A DNA stretch of 64,000 bases. Origin: Phoronis australis (lineage: Eukaryota; Animalia; Phoronida). The DNA lies in assembly GCA_002633005.1 (NCBI GenBank), contig NMRA01000075.1, positions 547,950 through 611,949 on the forward strand, given 5' to 3'. A model generated the notes under the pieces. The model made no database searches, was not told the DNA's origin, and saw only the letters and a list, made by a program, of their open reading frames with translations. Position numbers and translations under genes: made by a program. The stretch's first letter is position 1; each line of letters begins with the position of its first letter. Positions 13,301 through 27,257 of this stretch are shown here, in pieces.

Positions 13301-16300
13301 AAAAAATCACCCCACGACAAACGTGAAGTGGCAGCAGTCTAGTCCATAATTAGAGAGACCCTTGGAAAAACATATCGCTATAGGACGAAATAATTCTATA
13401 AAGAAAACTATAGCGGTATTTGTTGTCACGATTGGAAACCTCTGAATATGAGGAGATACACGTGTATAGTTTTAGAAGGCAAAAACAAAGTGCAGTAACA
13501 ATCAATGCTATTATCACGCCAGCTTCCAGTGTTCGGATAACCAAAGAGTATTGACCTGGTACAGTATTCACCCAGCTCTTCCAAAAACTGGGGTCCAATG
13601 GACCCAACTTTAAATATCATAAGGGTCCATTTGAATTTTTGGGCCCCATACAACTTAGTCCCGAAATTTTTAAAGACACACTCTCAAAGTACATGTATGA
13701 AACAAGCTTTTATTTTTCATAATAATCGTCTGTTTTGATGACATTTTAGTGACTGTGTCATTGAGTCTGTCTCCTATCGAACCAATTGTAAATGGATTTT
13801 CTGACCAGCATTGTGATGATTTACTTACGGAGCAACGATGCCGTGCGTTTGCCTACGGAAGATAATACGATCTAGGTGTCCTGATACGAACAGATTTAGG
13901 TACGGTATGGTAATCAAAGGGAAGAAACAAACGAGTTTCATTTGCTTTTAATTTTATTCATCACGACTTTTGGTCAAAAAGTTGCGACTATGGTGACGCA
14001 CTCAGCAAGTCAATACGCGTCATTTACAGTTTGTTGCGCCAAATGAGGAAAAAAAGCAGCCTAAAGCGAACACTGCTGGTACTGACCAGGGTGCCGGTTC
14101 ATGGACTTGCATCGGCATTTGAACGGGTCAGGAGCTGTAGACTTCTGCGCAGCTGAGGAATGTTTTGCGCCACGGTGGCACCCTTTGGCTCTGTGTTCTA
14201 TCCGACACTTCCATAATGTTACTGCAGATTCATTGAACTGAAATGTAAAACCTGCACCGTGTTGCTACTGTGTTCAAGCCTTGTTTAAGTATCCGCATAA
14301 TGCCACACGTGCAAAAGCAAAAAACATGATTGATTGTCGACGACAGGTTTTCACAGGCTGAANAATGAAATTCACCTTGTCGCCAGGTGCCGATAGAGTT
14401 ACAGTACATGTATTGGCGGACAAAGTTGTGCGCCATTGTCTGGAGGTTTCACGCAGTGAGGTTGTCAGTTTTTTAAATTTTTGCGACCAACATGCTGTCA
14501 AATTGCCACTTTAGTGTGGTACGCAATTCAAAGAACTCCCTCGAAAATTTCCATCTCTTAGTCCCATCAAGATATCGCAAACGAAGGAATACTTCGTTGA
14601 TTACAGCCCTGCTTGTTCTTGAATTTGTGTTTTGTAGTAACTCGAATTCACAGAATTGAAAGTCCACTCGAATTCAAGTTCGGTGACCATTTTTAGTGCA
14701 CTACCAGAAGTTCTAAATTCAACTTCAGAACTTTGCAAGAGCGTCACGGAGTATACGCTGGGCATGCTACTAAAACTGATCTGAATACGCTTTTGTCTGA
14801 TCTCCTGGTTTGGGAAATAAAACACGTACTAATTACGACTGACCAGTTCGTGGGACCCCTTTCATAAAATATAAGAACCTACGCAGGCCCGTTTTATAAT
14901 CACCGTTGTCAATTGCTTACAGTACTTTTGGAGGGAGATTTTGTGAGATGTTGAAGTCTCAAAATTGTTGGAGAGAGTAAAGGGCTACATGTATGTAGCA
15001 GATTCTCCCGGACCTCTTCGGGCCCGACTTCTATCCTTCAACTATGACCGCCCTCCAGTGGCCGTTCTCGCTCACTGTCTGTACTTATTTGCCTACTCTC
15101 GTTTTAAAATGGTCAACTTTTGGAGCTGGGGCTGTGCTCATATTTGTTACATTAATGGGCGTTAAAATTCTTTTGTATTTTCTGAATGAGCTTTAGCGCA
15201 AGGAGTATCGTTCTCTAAATTCTGTTCACTTGGGTTTATTTCTAACTTCAGAGTCGGATGCAACGAAGTGCTGCTCGATACATTACTCGAAAATTGACAA
15301 ATCACGTGACGTAAAATTTGAAGGTTTATTAAAAGCATGTCAAGCGTTTGGTCAATTATCGAATCGAGTCTCACTCAGTGAAGTTTGCGTTCCCGGTTTA
15401 TTGAAATGAAATCTTGATGAGGTTTTCTTTATCAAAATGCTTAACCTTTCTGGATCACGCACAAAACCATACTGTAATTGATACCACACAAATTATGTAA
15501 ATAATAAAAGCTAGGATCTTCTTAAAATTCCGATCGCTCATTATTTCCTACTTAAACGAAAAAAATCTATGTTATAGGATGTATAATAGCTCATTTTCTC
15601 CATTCCCAAATGCTCTCAAGCAATCAGATCCACGCTGGGAACAACTAATGCCTGAATACACGCACCGTTTAGCAATCCCAGCAAAATATTAGTGTAATAA
15701 AACAACGCTTTAAATAATATTTAGGGGCTATAGTTATGATGTCACTTGTCTTGTTAAATCCGCACCAAGCGCTAAACAAACGACCGGAAAATAAAAAAAC
15801 AAAAGAATAGCGACTGAGTACAGGACAATTACCGTACAGGGCACAGAAGACTATTTGATTAAAATGTAATATTATAGTATTATAGTCGTCCTGGCATGAA
15901 CCACGTGGGCAAAGACACGTGGAATGTGAGATCGGGCAGGAAGTAAGCACTGTTTTCAGGATTTTGATGGAGGATTTCACAAGACTAACACTTTAATTAA
16001 TTACAAATCATTTTTGTGAAACACAGCACCTAATCCATTAGTTAATTCGCCTAACCGGAACATATGGTGCGATTATATATGCTCAGCATTTACCGACGCT
16101 GGGTCCAGTGTCGGCCAGATTAAGGTTTCTCGGGACCCCCACACTATAAAAAGTCATTATTTAGAGATGCCTCGGTCGTCATTCATCCCCATGGCCAAAT
16201 ATTTTACCGCGCTACCCCTCTCGGTCGTCACATGTTCACTCTCTGTCATCCATTCAAGAAGGCATGCACCACTGCCGATAAGAGGCAATATCTCCATTTC

Positions 16301-17416
16301 AGTATGGACCTCTAAACTGGGGCAAATGTATCTTAGTGGATCAATCCGACACTACTCAGATTTCTTGTAATTCCTGGTCTCTGGTATTTTTTATTGACTA
16401 AGGTAATGCACTGTCAATAAAATGACCAGCCTAACTGAACCTGTTGTCCAGGGGTCAAAATCCAACACGACATTCTTGTTGTAATGTTTGTGCTACAAGC
16501 TTGAGCAAGAAATCTGGGGATTTTGAGTAAAATCTTGACATTTTGAGTTCGGACTCGACCTTACAAAAGTAAGTTTCATCCTAGGTCATCAAGTGCGAGC
16601 TATGGTACGCTTATCCTCTTAAGCATTTTGAGTGAGAAGATGAGACCCCGGGCATGGGTCTCGCACAATGAAAAACGGCCAGTTTGCTAATGTTCGAAGT
16701 TATATTCTGAGAAAGAAATAAAAGATATCAGTTTTGAAACGGCAAGTGGTCTAAATTTTGACAGCATTTGTGCTCATAGCACGTTTAAATCTACTGTTCA
16801 CATATATTACTAAAGCGTTTACACGATTACGTTTTCCCGGGTATCAGTTACTTTTTCGTGTCGAGTTTTCTTCGAAATGAGTGTTAAAAATACTTATTAT
16901 AAGAGATATTCTTTTGCCACGACAAGAGCTTCGAACACTAAGGCGTAGAAATCATTTCCTGGCTGGGGATGTGGAGTGGCACGGAGAGTGTGTAAAATTT
17001 TCAAATTTGTTTTTTTTTAAACGATGGTTTTAAACAAAATTTTCTTGTAGAAACTTTTATTAATTCATTGTTAATTAACTGACACGTATTAACACCCGGC
17101 ATGCAGAGGTGCGGAAACCTAGCTCCGATCCGCAATGGTTGGGAGGCGGGCGTTCCCCGCCCCAAGGAACAGCAAGTTGAATACTCTTACACTGTACGTC
17201 GGCGATGTGTTGCAATTTGCAGTTGGCACTAGGTAACGCTTATGTGCAAACGTGTATTACTGCTTGCGGTTTACATGTAGCATAGGTGAAGATTTTAGAG
17301 AGGTGGAACTTCACAAGATTTCTAAGTTCTTTGCTATAGCCATATGCCGTCCAAACAGAATTGTTTAGGTGCGCGACGGGGTGTTCAAATGATCAGCGCT
17401 CAAAGATAATTGTCGC

Positions 17417-17511
17417 CAGTGGCGGATTTAGAGGTTGAGCCAAGGTGCCCAGGGCCCCCCTAAAATTCTACCAGATACATTTTTCAGTTCGGGGGTGCGA
17501 ATGTCTGACGG
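17417..17511 (+). mobile_element. CAGTGGCGGAT-type short element, truncated by the gap; related copy at ~48725-48880
   Basis: Both sites share CAGTGG(C/T)GGATTTA...CTAAAATTCT..CCAGAT..CATTT...GTTCGGGGGTGC. Confidence 0.6.
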
Positions 17512-17706
17512 NNNNNNNNNNNNNNNNNNNNNNNNNNNNNNNNNNNNNNNNNNNNNNNNNNNNNNNNNNNNNNNNNNNNNNNNNNNNNNNNNNNNNNNNN
17601 NNNNNNNNNNNNNNNNNNNNNNNNNNNNNNNNNNNNNNNNNNNNNNNNNNNNNNNNNNNNNNNNNNNNNNNNNNNNNNNNNNNNNNNNNNNNNNNNNNNN
17701 NNNNNN
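17512..17706. other. Assembly gap
   Basis: Run of N. Confidence 1.
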
Positions 17707-20089
17707 GCCTACTTCTCGTATTGAATGTTGAATTTTAACGTGGGTCAAACAGAATTCGAGCGTGTTCTCATAACTCTCAAGTGCTGTATGTTGGATGATT
17801 CTTAATAAATTAATACATTAAGTTGAGCTTCATATTAGCCTACCCATCGAGATTACAATGATTGTTGCAAGACGTCTGTGTGGTGACATCCTCGTAAGAC
17901 AAGCAGAGCGAAAGGCGCCGTGAGAGATAAATCTTAAAATGGTACTTGGTAGTGTTGACTTCGAGATGCTTTGGTGTTTAAAAATATTAGCATCCGTTTT
18001 GCATTGTTGCGTACATGCGTCATTTTCGAGTTTGAGCAAAATAATCCCTGAAGCGTATTCCCTAGTCTCTGATTTTTTGATATCTCTGTTAACAGAAATA
18101 GAACCCTGTCACCAACTTTATGAGAGTATGTAAAAAGCCTAAATCGATTTTCTTTTTGAGACAGCTCCGTGTATTCATGGCGTTTCTAAGAGTTGCAGTT
18201 CCATGTTATTACAGACTTTCATCAGATGGCGTTAGTTTCTAGCTGCGACCTTTATTTGTACACATTTTGTTGCAACAAGTTACGGGGCTAGCAGACGATC
18301 AACCAATTGCATTTTACATCTGCAACAAACGTGGGAAAGCGGCGACAGTCGGCATTTAACCCGTCCTTTCTGTCACGGAAGGAAGTTGTTACTGTACTGT
18401 CTTGCCGTTATCAAACAGCTTCCCGTTCAGTAACGCCCGGACCTCGCTTAGAAGCAAGATTTCGCGAGATTACGTGAGATATTGCCGTAAAGTGAAAACA
18501 CGTGACTTTGACTAGATTTTAGCTAGGTCTTAGCGTAGTTCTTAGTGTTGCTGAACGCATGCCTTTTTTATTGTACCCCTTTCTCAGTTTAAACGTTATC
18601 TCTGAGCTCTGAAGGACTGACAATCGTCATTTCAGGTCACGTGACCAGTTCCAGGGGTGCAGTCTGAACTCGAAATTACCTATGACAGCCTCCGATCTAA
18701 TTTAGTAAGATTTCAAGATAAGTGGTTAATTTTGAGTGCTTAAGTATAGGGTGCCTTATACAGATGTGTGTTGTCCAAATTCGCACTCGATGACCCCTAG
18801 ATTGAAGTCGACAAATTCGCCGATAAAAAACTACAGAAATAACGAACTGCAGGTTCATTCCCACCTAGTTTCACAAAATGGAATAATTTAAAACCAATTT
18901 CGCAACGGAAAGTAGACTAAAGCAAAACATGTCAGAAAGCACGGATTTAATGCCTCTTTAACTGTACTATATTGAGATTGGTTTAGAAATACACTTATGC
19001 AACTTTGATTCCTAGTTTGTTAGCGATATCCTGGTTAGCCTTCATCCTGGCTCAGTTAGGTGAAAGTTGTTTTTCCTTTTGAGAACAGTGGTACTGACCA
19101 CGCTGTCATGCGATGCGATGCAATTGTTGACCAATGGCGTTGACATATGCCAACAATCGATGCTTAACCTAAAGACGCGATTTATAAACAGAACGCCTGG
19201 ATGAGTTAGGAAACCCTCCCACCAGGGCACCCCAGACGTGTTTTGGGACCACTAAAACATTCATTTCCGTACTTCCCTAAGCTATCCGTTGTTGCGTCTT
19301 GTTCAGTTGCGAATAATCCCCAGTGACGTTATTGGCATTGGATGAAACGATTACGCCCGGTTTTAACGTTAATCAGTTTGTAATGAACATTTTGGGAACT
19401 AGCAAGAAAAATCGGTTTCATAAAGTATACTCGTTTGTTACACGTGCAAGGCTATGCGTTACTGAACTCTTTACGAACAAGGTAGTGTTTTTGTCTCGAG
19501 AAGTCCTAAAATGTGCGACTTACACTGCTCGAAACACCCAGTATCATGGTCGGTTATAAAGCATGCTCGTGAAAACAATCACGGACATGTTGTGAAGCAC
19601 TTTTGAAGCGTTTTCACGAAGCCACAGAAGGTAAGAAAAATCACTGTTGTCAAAAACTGTTATGAGCTCAGAGAATCGAATTTGTCATTTGGTAACATTT
19701 CTGAGTTTTTCAAAGATTACGTATAAAAAAGAGTACCTCTGTGGCAACACACCAAAGCTGCAATCTGCCCTGGGAGAGGTTTAAAATGATAATCGAAGTG
19801 GGCCTTCTGCTCTCATGAAATCGGTCTCACAATAGTCCTAACAATAATTGTAAGATACTGACTCCGTTACCAACAGGAACAGTGTGAGTGTGGTAATGTT
19901 CTTAAGCTGTAACATGCGTCGGTAAGGAATTCAACAATTAACAGCCAAACAAGGGCAGATGTAACTTTAAATATACCATAAAGTTGGCAAAATTTGTGTT
20001 TAACTGAAAAATGAGCTATCAAATTTCTTTCTCATCATACAAACTTTGTGAAAACATACTTTGAATCATAACATCGCCTTTTCACTTAC

Positions 20090-20140
20090 CTTTGTACAAT
20101 TCCAAAAGTATTCTGGATTCTCGCTTGCTTAGGCAACTCT
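20090..20140 (-). other. Candidate non-coding first exon of NKY
   Basis: Starts about 30 nt downstream of a TATA box, contains no ATG, and ends in a perfect donor AAG|GTAAGT (intron begins at 20089). Confidence 0.55.
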
Positions 20141-20159
20141 ATCTGCACACCTGCACCGT

Positions 20160-20330
20160 GCTTTATATATAAGCAAAATCATACCCAATAGCAGATCGCA
20201 GAGTTTGCAAATGCCAATCATTCAATTCATCATTTGTTACGCGTTCAAGTATTGTTGAGATACGAGGCGTCCAATCATGTTATTGGTGGAGGCCGCCGAT
20301 CGATGATAGGGTGAGAACAGGTGACGTCAT
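20160..20330 (-). promoter_or_regulatory. RNA pol II promoter: TATA box, four CCAAT boxes, CRE
   Basis: TATATAAAG at 20169-20161 (minus); CCAAT near 20185, 20214 and 20271; ATTGG near 20282; TGACGTCA at 20322-20329. Confidence 0.65.
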
Positions 20331-21289
20331 CTTAACGTAACTGACAAACTGAAGAGGCTTATGTTTTTCTTTACAGGTGAGAACAATATACGGTACTGTA
20401 CGTATAACGGGAGTGAGTATAGCTATTTAATGTACGTAAACGAATGATTTGACAATAGACATGACAACACTGCTCAACTTTCAAAAATCGTATGTCTAAT
20501 GAATGCAAAAGGAGTTTTAGGGCAAAGTAGTTTAGTTAAAAGACATTTCCAGACAATGCGTTTGACTATACAGGCTTGTGTTAGAACTCCTTTGATGAGG
20601 TTAAAACGATAATAACACGAAAAGGGTGACTTTGGAATACGAAAATTGCGGTCACGGCGACCTGCAAGTCCCTTCTTGAAAGGGCACTGCGGTGAAAGAT
20701 TCTGTGGTCTGGTCCCTGCAGTTGCATTTTGGGTAGAGACTGCAAAAGGCGAGAATCAACCAATCTCATCAATCGGCACTAGAGGGCGACATGCGGCTTT
20801 GCAAAGTCAGGGAAATGTGAGTTTCCAGAAGTGTATTGATTTATAATATGCGCCACATCAAGTGCTTTTCCTGGATAAATGATAGCGTTCACCAGTTAAC
20901 TCCTAACAATATTTATTTAACTTGACATCATGTTTTCGATGTAAACATGACCTAAAATTTTTTTTAAGTTAGAAATGGAGCTTGAATTCCTGTTAGTACT
21001 TGAATAAACCTCACCACAAAAGTGAATTACAGAGAACTCCATCTCCAACATGCGGATGGATAATTGACAGTAAAAACACCAACATCCGCTGTTTACAAAA
21101 CCTTCTTATTTTAGTAGACCTTATGTATTTCGATCGACGTTATCCAACCAGCTGGGAAACCACACAGAAAAAGTAGGATTTGTTGATAACTTTACAATTA
21201 TAGAGAGACGAGTTAGCTCGAGAAGTCNTTTTGGGGGGGGGGGGGGCACTAACCAATTTGACTTCGCCAACCTATTCCCTTGCTATATT

Positions 21290-24200
21290 TACCCCTCCCC
21301 CGCGTTCTCTGGATGTCACCATATTTTTTCAGGTATTTATTATCATTTTTAAACAAGTACAAAAAAACAAACTAACAACTAAAAACATCCATTCATTCAT
21401 GCATGCGCAGCTCAGGAGAGACCATTCTCGTATATCGTATAAAGTAAACAACTTCTACAGGGAGTTAACGTAAACAATGAAATTTTCACATTTCGCAGAG
21501 ATGCTGTAATATACAAAGTTTTTATATGCAATTATGTTTTTAGCATTATAGTACTCATAAGCATATGTAACGAACTTGTGAAAATTGGGTATACTTTTGT
21601 GATATCTCTCCTACAAGAGAGATGTCACCATATTTGTACCGACCCCCCATGTCCGCCATAGGTGGGGGTAATACCGAGGAAGCAGCCACAGGGATTTGAG
21701 TAACCGTCGTGAACCAACAAAGTTTCACGAAGAGTAAGAATGGGTCTAGGGCCCGAGCGCACTGACGGGTAGCTGGGAGCTGCCTAAAGTAAACAGAGCT
21801 GGGTTCCAACAGTGGATTCGTACCTAATTCCTCTGCTCTACATGTAGGTCGAAGGTCAAGTTTTGTTTTATTATTTCGGGAAAACTTCTTCATTTATCAT
21901 TGCCATTCTTTGAAGTAATTTTTGAAAATTTCAGGTCCCGAGGTGCCTGGTATGTGTGTCCCAAAAATGTACACACTTCAACGTCTGGAGTTCAAATTCA
22001 GTTCCCGTGGGTAACTGAATTCTACGCAGGCCTACTGCACGGTTATATCATATTTTGAAACGTGGGTGTGCCTGTCATGACGTGCTTGTTGGAGCCCCCC
22101 CCCCCATTTGGCAAGGTGGTCAAAAAGGCCACCTCTGAGAAACAAAAAGTCTGAGAAAAGTGAGACAAAAGTCCCCTAAAAAGGCGGGATTCGGCGTACA
22201 GTATGCACAATTCATAGTCTTGAACGAACCCCGTATTCATTTTTTTCGTTAGTAAAAAGTCCACATCCTCAAAAATTCGAGCCTCCCCCTATATTTAAGT
22301 CTGGGTGCGCGCATGCCGTGTGTGTAGCATGCACGAGAAATGCAAGCTACCGATTCTTTTTTTGAAGAACAAAAATTCATTGCGCAATACAACAGGAAAC
22401 CAAAAACATCAACGAAGTTCAAAGACAACCTTTTCAAGTTGATGACCAATAAGTTTGAATTTATTTATTTAAGTACTTAAACTTCGTTATCGATCAACGG
22501 TTTGTAAACTTAAACCCAGTAATCTACTGTAGTTCCTAAGCCAATAAACAATTTATTGTCATTTGAGAACATTTAAGTACACATTCAATGAACTGACCGA
22601 AATTCACCAATTTCCTTGAGAATTTATTCAGATAGTCAAAAATCGTTTAGACTTTTATAGTTGGGGATCTGATGATAGATCGAATTTTCCCAGTATCGGC
22701 CTGCAATTAAATTCATTGAAACATTGTCATGATTGCTTACAATATTAGCTTCTAATTGTCAAAAAACCATCTCTCAATCAGTTCACTTTCGAAGATAAAT
22801 AAGCATGTAAATCAGAAACCAACAATGAAATCCATGAGCAATCCGATTACCTTGATTTAATGATTTAATTATTTTTGATCCCCCTGTTAGTGAGTCTAAA
22901 CAACAAATCTTGTATCCAGGTCGAAAGGCAATGCAATACTTGTCATTTGAATTGCCAGTAAATTTTGTGAAGTGTCCAAATTTCATCAATGTCTTTGAGA
23001 GTTATTTTAGATAGGCAAGAAGCGTCCAAGTGTACTTTACTTCTCATTTCCAAAAGTCACCTATGAACCTGCCGATTTTCGTAGATAGATAAACATGTAA
23101 ATCAGAAACCATCGAATTTGTTGATTAAAACGGAATGTTATAAGCTATTTCCGCAGACATGATCTCAGATTTTTTACGGGTAATCGGGGGAAATAGGAGA
23201 TTGGGCATTCATCGTAATGTGTATTTTTGCTCATTTCGGAGGTACAGTACCTATAAAGATTCCTCAAAAAACACTGAGATATTTGTTTACGTGTAATTTG
23301 CATAATTTGTTATATTCTATAACTAACCAACTGGAATATTCCTTTTGTCGAATTAACAAATAGCGGTCTTCACGTTATTAAAAATTCCTGACTCCCTTTC
23401 GATGGCGGTCAAGCCAATTGTACTTTTTTCACATTTTTTGGTTGTTTGTGTCGAATGTCTTGATACTGCTGTACTTAATCACAACTTCCTTCGTGAACAC
23501 TAAGCAGTGTCGGATTTACATGTGTAGATGGACAAAGGTACATTTTCTCAAATTGCTCCACCGAGAGATGGTCCCGCCTGAAATGGGACACCTTAATTAT
23601 GAAAGGCTAAACATAGACAGTTTATTCCACCGTCGTGTGGTCACAAGACGGTGCAAAAAGTGACCTTCTTCAACATCATAGTTGTTTGCACGATTTCACA
23701 AAAAGAAACAGGAAAATAGAAGTAATCGTGTACAACATTGGGCCTTCTCTCCGTGAGCGGATCCCTAAGAATTTGTCAATAAAATCATCAAAACTGTGGC
23801 CACTTGAATGTCATCAATGGCCTCCTTCAAGGATGGGGCCCCTCAATGTAAAATATCCATATTTTCAAAAATCAAGAAATGTGTAGCAATTGTTGATACG
23901 TGCATCTGTCAGGTCATCAGTTTTTCTTAAATGATATACAATTCGAGAAAAAACGACAGTAGTCCACGTTAGCCCTTGCCAGAGAGAGGCCTATCTGGAA
24001 AAATATGGTTTTGCAGTCGAAAAATCGAAATTCTAGTAAATTAATACGCTCCAGAAAAACTTTGTTTTACAAATTTTCTCGATTTTTCGAAATATATGCA
24101 TGAATCATTACCTGCACGTTTAGACGACCTGTGATGCGAAAGCGAGACCCCAACAACAATGTCCTGGCCATGGTCCTCAAAAAGTACATGCACAGACAAA

Positions 24201-24334
24201 CGATTTGTTAAAGGTTCACTTAAATTTTCTCTCTTATCCGCATTTAGCAGTCTTTCTTTTCTCGACTGTCCCCGCCCCACGCGTATGTCGGTTGCCACGG
24301 TTTTATCCTGNCCCCCCCTGCCTCCTACGGTTCT
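21290..24334 (-). mobile_element. ~3 kb non-coding repeat element, copy A (inverted relative to 50452-54634)
   Basis: Collinear reverse-complement similarity throughout. Spurious ORFs share RGQSR.ERLLNADKREN (24298-/50491+), PKNLSIK.SKLWPLECHQ (23635+/50951-) and RACYTHGMRAP.LKYR (22249-/53747+). Confidence 0.9.
21327..21620 (-). mobile_element. 5'-truncated LINE 3' end (L1/Tx1-like) inserted in copy A
   Basis: Flanked by the 15-bp direct repeat GATGTCACCATATTT (21312-21326, 21621-21635) and absent from copy B. The minus strand ends in AATAAA and a short A run, with residual IPNFHKFVTYAYEYYNAKNIIAYKN. Confidence 0.6.
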
Positions 24335-26509
24335 GATTATGGCAGTAGAGGACGCGATTTGAACCCGGAAATATGAATAGACATGCCGTCACACCAGTTC
24401 CAAAACGTCATAATAACGTCATGCTAAACATTCCTATAAGTTTTTACACTCAATCTGGTGTGAATCTGTCCGACGAGATCAAATGAACCAGAGTATAAAA
24501 CTAAGCTGAGTTGAGCTGTCTCAAACATGCGATATGAAATCAAGGTTTAAATTCATTATTTTCAAATTATAAGATTCTTTTTTACTTCATTAGTAAGATT
24601 GGCAGTTTTCAGCGAATAATTTGTCGTGTCAATTATCGTGAGACTGAACGCTGACCGGTTTTCTTGCAAAGGAGTGAAAGCCGCGGACGACGCCGGGAAG
24701 AACGAGTTTGTGATCTACGTGTATTTTCAAGTCAAATACCCCACATGTCATATCTTGTCAGCTCGCAAAAGTTCGGAGTGTAAAAAGTTATCGACAAGCG
24801 TAGCGCCGGTTTATCCATTAAAGAAGTTGTCTCCCCTAGAATACACTAGTTTTGTCGTTCAACACCGCTGCGTACTCCCTTCTTAGTCGCTTGAGATAAC
24901 CCGTGTTGCTTGATGCTTCGTTAACGTCCTTCACTATATTGAACTGATGTTTGTGTCGCAGGTTGCTGACTTCTAAGCCATGGGGCGTAGGCCACAGGAG
25001 GCGTATAAGACCGCTTATGGGACCGCTTTCGAGAAACAAACTTGTTTTGATGTTTTTTGATATCACAATCCAATGTATTTCATAAATGTAAAAAATCACC
25101 ATGTTTAAACTTGCACACTGAGTTCCATTTGACCTTTAAACGTGTCTAATTCTGAAAATTGGACATGTATGGAATATAACGTAATTAAAGAAACTGAAAT
25201 CGCATGCCCATATAAGGAATGATACTGCAAAAGTTATTTCCACATGCTACATCAAGTCCTAAAAACTAGTATTGGTTTTTATTTTTCCACTTTAAAACGC
25301 AGATTTCAGGTTAATTTCTGAGTTTATGAGCGAACTCGGTATTCAAATTTGGAACTTCCTTTGCAAAAATTTACATACTGTTATTGCATGTGTAAACACA
25401 CATGTATTACCAAACAAATAATGTCGCCTCTTAATATGTTAACGCATTTACAAACCATCCATCATACATGTACCTGTAGGTGTACAGTGTATTTTGAAAG
25501 CAACGTTAGCCTACGGTGTACCAGTGCATATTGAGACAGGGAGAAAACTCGAAGTAAGTGGACCCAAAAATAGTAACAAAACATTTCTGAAAAAATAAAT
25601 TGAAATGACTTTTTGCTGTGTTAATGAAAACATTTTGCACGTTTTTTATCTTTTGACTGGTCAGGATAATAGTATGTAGACCATTCCAGCAATCAATAAA
25701 AGACTGAAAGATCAACATGGATGTTCAAAAGGATTAAATTTACCTTTATGGAAGTGTTCCTAAATAGAACATGCTTCAAAGTTGACCGAAACTTTGTCAG
25801 CGTACATATGTATACATGTGTGATTGATGCTAATGATGACATTGTGTGTATGTACTTTCATTACGCATTATGCATATATCGTTAAGTCAGTTAGTCAAAA
25901 CGACCAATGGTTGAACAGCAGAAAATTTGATTCAAACTACGTAAGTCAAACAAAATGTTATTAAAACAACTGCACAAGTAGCGCACTTGTTTCATTTTAT
26001 CGTCATTCAGTATCTTAATGGATTTGACCTTCCAATCTTCTCAACTTGTGATTGGCTATGAGACAACATATAGCGTCACCTCTTACTAATTAATGTTATG
26101 TTAGGACTGAGATAAAAATGCAACCTGAAATGAGAGGATTTTTCGAATATGAAGTTCTTGAAACTATATCTAGCTACACAAGAAAAATGAAGTTGACTCC
26201 CTTACCTGGTCATAGGATGAAAAGACTAGAGTATATATCGTGAAAAGGGGTAATGAACCTACAGTGTACGCCTTGGGCAAAAACCAACTTTGGTTTTTAC
26301 TACTTCAAGTTATGAAGTCAATCTCATTAGTCATTTAGTGCTTCATATCATTCTCTATACTATACATGCAGTTGCTTGTCATAGCGGGTTAGTTTCAGTC
26401 GCCGAGCCCGAGAAGCTGTTTTGGGAACTATATGTGATTCATAGGCTCTAAACTCAATTCAAGCAAATATAAAAATGCCATCAGTCGATAACGTTGCTTT
26501 GGAAGTCCA

Positions 26510-26900
26510 AATAGGCCGCCCTACATGGCGGGTCTAATTGTTTTACTAGAGATCGGACTCGAAATTATTTTTGTAATTGTCCGTTCTTAACGTTTTTAAA
26601 AATGCATCAAATGTGCACATTATGGTTTATGTGAATGAGATTATAGTCCAAGTTCGTTTTTGTTGACCGTACATGTAAATGCGAGCAAAAACTCTAGTAA
26701 AAACTCGAGATTTTGAGTAAACATTCAAAATTTCCAGTCCATGAAAGCTCAAAATTTTAGCCTTGACGCAGAAGCCATTAATTGCGGACTAGGATTAGAC
26801 AGCTGATCACGTAAGCCGTCTTGTACTCGAGCAATTTGAACTCAAATGTAGAATAAATATGGCAACATAATTTCGAGTTCAATTGAGAGTAAAAATATAA
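26510..26900 (+). repeat. Old dispersed repeat; inverted copy at ~54890-55275, fragment at ~16490-16570
   Basis: Shared ordered words ACTCGAAATTA, ACTAGGA, CACGTAAG, TGTACTCGAG and AACATAAT..GAGTTC..GAGTAAAAA. Confidence 0.6.
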
Positions 26901-27016
26901 GAATCCGCTTTAACTGAATGCGGCTTTAATATTTCTTGAGAGTTCGTCACTGATGTCATGCTAACAGCCTACTGTTTAGGCTGCTTAGATGGCGCTGACT
27001 GTTATTGAGTATTTTG

Positions 27017-27132
27017 AAATGGTGCGTGAGTGGAGGATGCAGTAATAGCGATCCGATGGACAGACTATATTTTAGTTTTTGAGTTTGCAAAAGACCCTAA
27101 GATCGCCCAGAAATGGAAAACGTTTGTGCATA
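27017..27132 (+). pseudogene. Degenerate THAP domain, N-terminal half
   Basis: KWCVSGGCSNS followed, after a frameshift, by ILVFEFAKDPKIAQKWKTFVH (THAP C..GC.N ... F.FPKD ... W). Confidence 0.65.
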
Positions 27133-27199
27133 TTTCATACATGTATATTAATGTTTGTCAGTATTGTATATTTGTTTCTGATAAAATAAAAAGGTCACC

Positions 27200-27216
27200 C
27201 CTCTCTCCCTCTCTCT

Positions 27217-27257
<41 letters not shown>

